From assembly GCA_018662825.1 (NCBI GenBank), contig JABJFI010000002.1:57-64056 (forward strand): 64,000 bases of DNA, in the 5' to 3' direction. Source of the stretch: Methanobacteriota archaeon. GTDB taxonomy: Archaea > Thermoplasmatota > Poseidoniia > Poseidoniales > Poseidoniaceae. The notes under the pieces are model-generated. The model saw nothing but the letters and a program-made list of their open reading frames with translations, had not been told where the DNA came from and did not search any database. The position numbers were made by a program, and so were the translations under genes. Positions 57,901-64,000 of the stretch are shown one piece after another. Each line of letters starts with the position of its first letter. Within the stretch, counting starts at the first letter, position 1.

Positions 57901-59536
57901 CGCCTATTTCTTGTGGATGGTTGCAGGAGTTTGTGCCTTACTTCTAATCGTTCCTTTTTTCACCTGGGAATTGCCCATATTCTTGCGCACCAAAAACGAT
58001 TTTTGGCAACATCTATGGAGAAATACGAGTCGAAATACACTGGCTATGATTGGTATTACCTTGTTGATTTGGACGGTAGGACTTTCCACTCTGGACCCAA
58101 TCCGCAAGGGAATGGAGCCAGATGAACTATCTTTCATCGTTCTTGGATTGGTTGAGGTGTTTGCCGGTGTTCTCTTGTTGACCAGCGTGGCTCCACTTGT
58201 CGTAAAGCGCTTGGGTAAATCGAAAATTTTGACACGGAGATGGGGTCCTGTACTCCCAGTTTCACTTGCTTATCCTCTGGCTACGCCCGTTCGAACTGCA
58301 GTGGTGATGGGAATGTTTTCAATTACTGTATTCTCAGTAATTGTCTTGGGTGGATATGCCGAACAATTTGATAATTACACCAGTTCCTTTGTTGAGGATG
58401 CTGAAGGTGATTATGAGTTATTACTGACAGGTTCACGTTCCAGCCCAATTGAATTGTCTGAAAACATCTCGGATTGGAACCTTTCTTCAATGCATGAAGG
58501 TAATATTGATTCAGTTGCGCGGGTTCATCGTGGAGAAGTATTCTTGGAGGATGCCGAAGGTGAGCGAATGCCCTATGTTGTTCGCGGCTTTGATGAGGCC
58601 TTTGCACAACATGGAGGATTGCCACTTTACACATGGGATTCTTCACTGGGTTCTGACCAATCCGAAGTTTGGGAGAGTGTATCTTCTCGAGATGATTTGG
58701 TCCTCCTCGATGCATCGTTTGGACTTGAATCAATAACCGATGGCAGCGGTATTTCATCGCTGAGTTTTTCAATTGGAGATTCGATTTCGCTAATTGATAT
58801 TTCCAACCCCGGAAATACCCGTTATGTGGAGGTTGCAGGCTTCCTTGAACAATCATCATATCTGTTCTCTGCTGGAGTTTGGATGACTGATGATGTTGTT
58901 GTCGACCAGTTTGATGGCCGCTTAACGCGAATGTACGTAAGTGTTTCAGATGAAGCCAAACCTTCTGTTTCGTTCGAGGATGAATCTATTGGTGATTTCT
59001 CTCCAACTGGGAAAAGTAAGGATGTACGCCTGGCTACTGCTGAATTAGAATCGGAACTTTCTCCATTACTCAATGCAGAAGGCGTTCAGGTGTCGATCAT
59101 CTCAGATGAAGTGATGTTGCTTCAATCGTTGGTTTTAGCATTGCTCGGTATATTCGAAGGCTATCTTGCACTTGGACTCATTGTCGGTATCGCTGGAATT
59201 GGAGTGGTTACGGTTCGTTCTGTTTCTGAACGCACAAAATCCATCGGTGTACTCCGAGCTCTTGGTTATCGAAAGAACATGGTCATACTTTCCTTCTTCA
59301 TTGAAGTCTCTTGGGTGAGTGTTTTAGGGATGTGCAATGGGATACTTGTTGCTGTGGGATTCCATCGAGCACTCTATACGGCGTTTTGGGAAGAACAAGG
59401 TGCGAGTTTCAGCCTTCCAATGGAGTCGATATTATACGTATTTGTTGGAGGTTGGTTCCTTGTATTATTGGCTACCTTTGTCCCTATTCAAAGGGCAGCG
59501 AAAATACCTGCATCTGCGGCACTAAGAGAGGCATAA
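54935..59536 (+). CDS. giant (1533 aa) ABC transporter permease with two FtsX-type domains and two very large extracytoplasmic domains
   Basis: MacB/FtsX-type TM1 start (LAKQNILRRRRQAALLMAGLIIASAIITSSMVVGDS). First FtsX block MRAIGVSQSDARALAVQEGIILSALASILGACCGILLAWFIS; second LRALGYRKNMVILSFFIEVSWVSVLGMCNGILVAV. The extracytoplasmic domains are ~700 and ~350 aa. Starts 9 nt after the ATPase gene. Confidence 0.8.
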   Translation: MQLTILSVVVALLSTASTLGIGRWKQLGFGKITLLIFGPVLDALLAYFLLDWLSVSGLTLLAGAFAFGIISHVLMQPLLVPQRLVVWRLAKQNILRRRRQAALLMAGLIIASAIITSSMVVGDSLDATVRYEVEGAWGKTDITISGFDLSVGERVVLSESLANDMWEGIQENSKLSPVLEGQQQGLVASASVATSEESLTGVTWMAMNSTIDGEKVWPNIGSTEFGIRYAHLYDANLFSTQKFVAVNEVLADELDLAIGDDLEIGWYVTEENKRIRVESTLEVFSIVANEGQGASAGTQAPAFFTDLATAQSLQRHNGSINSLYYAVDDEHDDEGHIEPIIEGIEELLDLLIRATDVGLKIDSDENTNSLTLTSSQGLGRLSGELVRGLRGNLTQISPDSSMMEVLQVPLIELLESDEQILTLADSEITQLWAGERGLWHFSPSGAGFQIDGKGGAWVWRVDEGGIAHDFALDASGAYGLIATDDGLVVGYEGDLDAEEWASYDSEGPMVSVASDTNGWWALEQGTTTFKLHSFSRDFEQHSVTNLSLSMPSTVLSTQLFFDEYLFLEIESLLSSSRFQSTVSDISFSELNNSSTWPSVQNPVANAPLHMSCNEVASVTLPQNGDHWCTFPEGVMRWNSDSETLESLRIPIISTAGGLGVLPQLFLAFGGEQSPVIVEEGEVLLSQRLNSLNLSANESNLWVKGLIPYAFGDNTAYRLSFTGTYSEIEGMESLSDLDSVVLGLVSLKEGEILASAGEDERSMVILSVSGQWNDSVADSLSAWLDLQSNSSDANLDIRAVKVEAAAIAEESSGILAAMFLVFGTFTIAAGILLVLTIVMMLAESRRSELGTMRAIGVSQSDARALAVQEGIILSALASILGACCGILLAWFISIGFDNMFSSVGSNQFAFAWEWTSLFSGAVWGFLLAVFTLWVSAFWTSKLNIIVALKGGRIPRSEGIPWILLLLQILAFGGGSLAFLMLLVLGFDSGFAYFLWMVAGVCALLLIVPFFTWELPIFLRTKNDFWQHLWRNTSRNTLAMIGITLLIWTVGLSTLDPIRKGMEPDELSFIVLGLVEVFAGVLLLTSVAPLVVKRLGKSKILTRRWGPVLPVSLAYPLATPVRTAVVMGMFSITVFSVIVLGGYAEQFDNYTSSFVEDAEGDYELLLTGSRSSPIELSENISDWNLSSMHEGNIDSVARVHRGEVFLEDAEGERMPYVVRGFDEAFAQHGGLPLYTWDSSLGSDQSEVWESVSSRDDLVLLDASFGLESITDGSGISSLSFSIGDSISLIDISNPGNTRYVEVAGFLEQSSYLFSAGVWMTDDVVVDQFDGRLTRMYVSVSDEAKPSVSFEDESIGDFSPTGKSKDVRLATAELESELSPLLNAEGVQVSIISDEVMLLQSLVLALLGIFEGYLALGLIVGIAGIGVVTVRSVSERTKSIGVLRALGYRKNMVILSFFIEVSWVSVLGMCNGILVAVGFHRALYTAFWEEQGASFSLPMESILYVFVGGWFLVLLATFVPIQRAAKIPASAALREA

Positions 59537-59621
59537 ATTGCTGATATTATTTTTTCAGAATGCTGTTTTAGTGTATGTTTGAAAATGATTTGAGTTTTTG
59601 GCGACATTTTTTACAAACGCC

Positions 59622-59658
59622 TCACTCCACTCACGACTATAATCGTCGGACTGAGTGG
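59622..59658. promoter_or_regulatory. near-perfect inverted repeat CCACTCACGAC-tataat-cGTCggacTGAGTGG in the AT-rich intergenic region upstream of the 59774 gene; a TATA-like TATAGTATAAATA lies at 59716..59728
   Basis: Arms read directly (11 of 11 matching with a 3-nt bulge). GGAGGT Shine-Dalgarno sequence at 59762..59767. Confidence 0.4.
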
Positions 59659-59773
59659 TATATATTCTTCTAATAATGGCTTATTTATGTTAAATAACCC
59701 ATTTTTTGCACTCCTATAGTATAAATACGACGCATTTCGTGCGAGGGTTTACCGAACCATCGGAGGTATAGAT

Positions 59774-62700
59774 ATGCGAAAAATAACCCCTATGATTCTC
59801 GTCGCTTTGATGCTTGTGAGTGCGCTCTCAAGTTTCGATTTCGTCGAGCTAGAAGAAACTGAAGTAATTGAAGATGCAGGTGCCCGCGCGGGTGCCGATG
59901 CAGAAATGGTTGCTATCACAAACCCGAAAGAAACCGTCTGCCCATTTGGAGCAGCATGCCGTAACGTCATGAAAGTCGGCGATGAGACTAGTTTCTCATC
60001 CTACATTCAGAACAGTGGCGATACAGACATTACAGAAATGGGATACAGTGTAACTGTATACCTTTCCGATGCTAATGGAAACCCTGGCATGATTGCAAAA
60101 GATACAACAACCGGTGCTGATTTAACATGGACAAATGAAAATGTAATTTGTTCATCAGCCACCTATTGTCCATACCAATCTCTTGCTGCTGGTGGCGTCC
60201 TTGGTGGCGGTAAGCACACTATGATGGATTCTGGAGCAGACATCATATGGACTCCTGCTAAGGGATTGTATGTCGTCGAAATGATGGTCGATACACCTGA
60301 TGATGCAGATGTCGGCAATGATGCTGAACAAATCTTTGTCTCTGTCGAAGACTGGTATGATATTGAACTTGAAATCGTTTGGGATTCTGGCAATGTTGCT
60401 GAAAGTGGCACTGGTACCAAAGATTGGACACTAACAGTGACCGCAGATGGTTCTGATACTTTCGATCCTCGTGAAGTCCAGGTTCGCCTCCAATCTATTG
60501 GAGATGTTTCTGCTGCACAAACCGTTGATGGAACTTCTATTGATGGCGGAACCACAAATATTTTCACTGCTGGAACTTCAATGACTGTTGATGTCGAAGA
60601 AAACGTTTCAACCGAACCTCCAACCATTACGACAGATACCCGTAATGTCCTTTCAACTTGGACACTTAGCGGTAGTTTGACTGTTGACAGTGGTGCTGGC
60701 TCTAGTGCACTATATGGAATGAAGGCTTCATTGGTGGATTATGTCCAATACGGACAATGGTCGTCATGTGTCTACACAGATTCTGATAACAATTCATTTG
60801 ACAACTTCTGTGAAGAGTCCACTACGAAGGACGCATATCCTTCGACTGATACTTCCATTATAGATGGGTCTGCAGAAATCTTTAACGATATCCGAATCAC
60901 TCAGATGTCGGTCGTTCAAGGCTACAATACAGATGGAACCGGCCAAGGAACCTCCTCGGTAAACGCAGAATCTGGCATTGACCTCAATGTTGGAACCTCA
61001 TACCTTCACGTTGAAGTTGAACACCATGGAAGTGATCCTACTTCACTCTATGATTGGTCTGTTGACTTCACTATCGAAGATGCAGGTGGAGCAATCGTCA
61101 CACAAGACAATGTTACAACATGTGACGCAGTTGACCCAGCCTACCCAATGTATGGCGCTCTCGGTGTCGGACAAGGCGCTACCTTGCAAGCATATGCTTG
61201 CACCATGGTCTCACTGAGCATGGATGGAGAATACACCTTCACTGCTGAAATTGTCAACGACAGCAAGATGGTTGACGCAAAACCTTCGAACAACGACCGA
61301 AGCATGACTTTGAATGTTCGGAACAACGCACCTCTCATCACCTCTCTTGAAGCGCTGAACGATGGCGAACTTTATCTCGGACAAGAAGGTCTTCTTTCGA
61401 TGGCCGTTCAAGTGTTCGATGTCGATGACCCATCTGCAACCGACCTTGAGATAGAGTGGAGACATAATGGAACAGCCCTTCCAGGTTGTGCTCGAGCAAA
61501 CATGCAAATCAGTTGCTCAGTCCTAATCATTAGCGATTATGTCGGAAATTTCCCAGTATCTGTAACAGTATATGATGCACATGGTGGAGAAACAAGCGAA
61601 GAACTCATGCTTGAAATTTGGAACGACGGCGGTTATTCTGCTTCCACTGCAAGTGGTTTGTCTGTTTCCTACTCAATGCTTTTCTTCGGAACATCTGAAT
61701 ACACATTCACTGTAACCGATGGCACAGCATTAACTCAACAATCTCTGCCTCAATACACTGGCCAGTATGATTCAGTTGGAGTCATTGACTTTGCTCCATC
61801 AACAACTCAAGATTCTACTGCAGTTTTGAGCCAATCAATGGATGTTCAATTCGACAAGAGCCTAGGTGCAACTTCACTATGGTATGTCCACAACAGTATG
61901 TGGCAACTACTCAGCGACGCCGTTCTGGATGTCGAAGATGACGCAACAAAGAGTATGTTCTCGCATACTTTCGCTGTAGACTCGGACTCGCTTCCACCTG
62001 GCACCTTGGTACTAATTGGTGGCGTTTTGGCTGAGGCTGAAGCACCTACTGCAAGTATTACAGCATTTAACGCTGCAGCAGGTATGTCTGGAGCTATCAA
62101 CCTCAACTGGAATGTTACAGGAACTATGCTAACTGGTGACCATATCAACGTTACTTTGTGTGAAACTGTGAACTGCACAGCTCCATTTACCTTTATTGGT
62201 ACTGACCAAGATAGGAGTTATACTTACTCTGGATCCAACACTGTTCACGGAACTGAATACACAGTAACCGTGGCTGTTTGTAATGAAGTCGGATGTAGCA
62301 CACCTGTTGGAACTGGAACTGTCGTTGCAGACAGTGCCGTTGATGGTGGAGCAGCAGCAACGGACTTGACGATTGCAGCAGAAGGAAACGAATGGACAGT
62401 CTCTTGGACCGCCTCTGGTGACCAAGGAGATGTTGCTTCATGGAAGGTTTGTTACAACCGTGGAACTTTCACAGCAGCAGATATTGATTCAACAGTATGT
62501 GTCCCTACTACTGGAACCTCTACCGTCATCGACATCTCGACATGGACTGCTGGAACATACACCTATCACTTTACTGCAGTCCCAGTTGACGCATTGGGTA
62601 ACTCGGTATCTGCTGGTTCAATGAACAGTATCGATTACCAACGTGATACTGATAATTCTAACACCGACGACGGAACAACTGTTGTTGGAGATGATGTTGA

Positions 62701-62824
62701 ATCTGGTGTCCCAACATGGACATGGGGTCTCATTGGTGGAATAGTAGTTGTAGCTTTCATCGCAGGCGCTTTCATCCTCTCTCGTGGAGGAGATGGCGAC
62801 GAAGGAAAAGATTGGGATTACTGA
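59774..62824 (+). CDS. large (1016 aa) secreted surface protein with signal peptide and a C-terminal TM anchor plus short charged tail
   Basis: MRKITPMILVALMLVSALSS signal. Thr/Ser/Asp/Gly-rich beta-type ectodomain with Ig/FN3-like periodicity. C-terminus WGLIGGIVVVAFIAGAFILSRGGDGDEGKDWDY. Confidence 0.8.
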   Translation: MRKITPMILVALMLVSALSSFDFVELEETEVIEDAGARAGADAEMVAITNPKETVCPFGAACRNVMKVGDETSFSSYIQNSGDTDITEMGYSVTVYLSDANGNPGMIAKDTTTGADLTWTNENVICSSATYCPYQSLAAGGVLGGGKHTMMDSGADIIWTPAKGLYVVEMMVDTPDDADVGNDAEQIFVSVEDWYDIELEIVWDSGNVAESGTGTKDWTLTVTADGSDTFDPREVQVRLQSIGDVSAAQTVDGTSIDGGTTNIFTAGTSMTVDVEENVSTEPPTITTDTRNVLSTWTLSGSLTVDSGAGSSALYGMKASLVDYVQYGQWSSCVYTDSDNNSFDNFCEESTTKDAYPSTDTSIIDGSAEIFNDIRITQMSVVQGYNTDGTGQGTSSVNAESGIDLNVGTSYLHVEVEHHGSDPTSLYDWSVDFTIEDAGGAIVTQDNVTTCDAVDPAYPMYGALGVGQGATLQAYACTMVSLSMDGEYTFTAEIVNDSKMVDAKPSNNDRSMTLNVRNNAPLITSLEALNDGELYLGQEGLLSMAVQVFDVDDPSATDLEIEWRHNGTALPGCARANMQISCSVLIISDYVGNFPVSVTVYDAHGGETSEELMLEIWNDGGYSASTASGLSVSYSMLFFGTSEYTFTVTDGTALTQQSLPQYTGQYDSVGVIDFAPSTTQDSTAVLSQSMDVQFDKSLGATSLWYVHNSMWQLLSDAVLDVEDDATKSMFSHTFAVDSDSLPPGTLVLIGGVLAEAEAPTASITAFNAAAGMSGAINLNWNVTGTMLTGDHINVTLCETVNCTAPFTFIGTDQDRSYTYSGSNTVHGTEYTVTVAVCNEVGCSTPVGTGTVVADSAVDGGAAATDLTIAAEGNEWTVSWTASGDQGDVASWKVCYNRGTFTAADIDSTVCVPTTGTSTVIDISTWTAGTYTYHFTAVPVDALGNSVSAGSMNSIDYQRDTDNSNTDDGTTVVGDDVESGVPTWTWGLIGGIVVVAFIAGAFILSRGGDGDEGKDWDY

Positions 62825-62853
62825 TCCCAACTCCTAACCGATGAAGCAATCAT

Positions 62854-62925
62854 CCCTCCCTGGCGGAGGGAAGAGCCGCTGAGGGGGTCGTTTCGACGGC
62901 CCTCTCAGCCCCTTTTTCTTTATTA
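62854..62925 (+). terminator. two hairpins (CCCTCC-ctggc-GGAGGG and GCTGAGggggtcg...cgacggccCTCTCAGC) followed by a T-rich run CCCCTTTTTCTTTATT
   Basis: Immediately after the stop at 62824. Archaeal terminators are oligo-T based. Confidence 0.5.
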
Positions 62926-63228
62926 TGCTTACATCCTTGGGATGTTAGGTTTCACAATATTTTTCCTTGTCGATTTTCTTGTCGACATTATCTACATTTT
63001 GTGAATCAAATTCTTTGAATATTGATCTACAATATCTCTGGATTTATTTCAATAATATTTTTTGTAATTTTTTACAAACTGTACGTACCACTAATGTTGG
63101 GAAAACCCCCCCAGTACATCGATTGGAAATACAAAATCAAAGCCCAAAATCAAACATTTCGCACCCCAACTCCTATAAGGGGAACAAGGCGTGGGATGCT
63201 TTGCATACAATCCGTATGAGGTGAATGA

Positions 63229-64000
63229 CATGTTGGGAATAAAGAATACCAAACAAAAAACTGTCTTCAACGGAATTGGCATAGCACTATTGTTGTGCGC
63301 ATTGATGGCCCTTATGCCTATGGCAGGGTTCGTCGATAACACAGCAGGTGATGTGGAGTTTGTAGCTACAAACGACACAGCGGAGGAAGAATTCTTCGCT
63401 TTGCCTGATTCGAAGAAGTCAGTTGAATACGAATATGAACCATCCGAGGAACTCCTCGGCATGAGAGACCAAACGACCAAGACCTTCGTCCAAGAAGATG
63501 GCAAGTTCGCGCAATTAACGCACGACACTCCTGTCCACTTCATGGGTGATGATGGAGCATGGACAGATATTGACCTGGACATCGTTGCTACAGCATATGG
63601 CTGGGAAGTAATGGATAATTCCTTTACAACTCAATTCGCTGCTGAAATGGCAAACGGAGTTGCAGTTCAAGTCAACCAGTTCGTCGACCCAATCATTGTT
63701 GGTATTAATCCAACCTTGCTGACTATCGATGAAACAGGTACTGCTCCTCAACCATTTATGATTGCACCATCTAATGATGATGTGAAAGTAGGTGGAAACA
63801 TGATCCGATACCCTGTCGCTGAAGGATATGCTCTTGACTATGCAGTCGAGAACACACAACTCAAGCAGAATCTCGTGATCAGTGAGCGTCCAGTCCTTGA
63901 ACCAAACGCAGCTTGGTTCGGTTTCTCTGAAATCATGCAAATTCCAACCGGATATGCTCTTTTCCTTGGAGAAGACATGCTCGGTGAAGAAATTACACAA
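63229..64000 (+). CDS. secreted protein, N-terminal 257 aa only (runs off the window end); not in the ORF track
   Basis: Own translation from ATG 63229: MLGIKNTKQKTVFNGIGIALLLCALMALMPMAGFVDNTAGDVEFVATNDTAEEEFF... A signal peptide then an acidic beta-type sequence like the neighbouring surface proteins, with no stop before 64000. The competing minus-strand track ORFs 63091..63582 and 63515..64000 have Cys/Ser-rich antisense-like composition. Confidence 0.5.

Noticed and set aside
59607-63079. Treating the shared 12-mer TTTTTTACAAAC as a statistically significant element
   Set aside because: A single 12-nt coincidence is expected by chance many times in 2 x 64 kb, especially in AT-rich spacers. 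It is kept only as a low-interest lead because of the matched distance to two adjacent paralogous-looking genes.
63091-64000. Track ORFs 63091..63582 (-) and 63515..64000 (-)
   Set aside because: Cys/Ser/Phe-rich products without motifs. The plus strand carries a signal-peptide-bearing ORF from 63229 that continues past the window end. 63091..63228 also covers an AT-rich intergenic promoter region.

Overview
The window reads as an archaeal chromosome segment. That call rests on an archaeal-type isoleucyl-tRNA synthetase, a complete euryarchaeal-type archaellum operon with class-III-signal archaellins, a PolX-PHP polymerase, a Nob1-like protein, a MoaD/SAMP-like diglycine protein, and Shine-Dalgarno-like sequences upstream of several genes. 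The acidic proteome, about 45% GC and many giant Asp/Thr/Ser-rich surface proteins suggest a planktonic marine euryarchaeon of the MGII/Poseidoniales kind; that is inference only. I call about 46 protein genes and one tRNA-Glu(UUC). I saw no rRNA, CRISPR array, transposase or integrase.

Housekeeping genes: ileS, glutamine-dependent nadE, a TrhO/YceA-type rhodanese, a fused aconitase-X (AcnX) protein, an NAD-dependent epimerase, a Bcp peroxiredoxin/hexapeptide acetyltransferase/flavin reductase operon, endonuclease III and PolX on one strand, an Nfu-like Fe-S protein, V-type H+-pyrophosphatase, glutaredoxin, an alpha/beta hydrolase, an FMN reductase-pirin pair, a DedA-family membrane protein, TatA, and an ABC ATPase with a 1533-aa dual-FtsX permease.

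The most interesting regions are:
(i) a co-directional block at 20264..35044 in which a roughly 1675-aa multi-TM-anchored surface glycoprotein-like gene and an acidic coiled-coil gene sit directly upstream of flaB1-flaB2-X-flaF-flaG-flaH-flaI-flaJ;
(ii) a 2366-aa protein built from about 55 tandem thrombospondin-type-3-like Ca-binding repeats, with a perfect palindrome in its promoter;
(iii) a MacB-like ABC system with a giant permease next to secreted giant proteins that share an upstream motif;
(iv) a collagen-like / EF-hand-loop / ELWxxDGT-repeat secreted protein.

Two plausible edge-truncated genes, 1..390 on the minus strand and 63229..64000 on the plus strand, are missing from the supplied ORF track. 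Several track ORFs are antisense or repeat artefacts.
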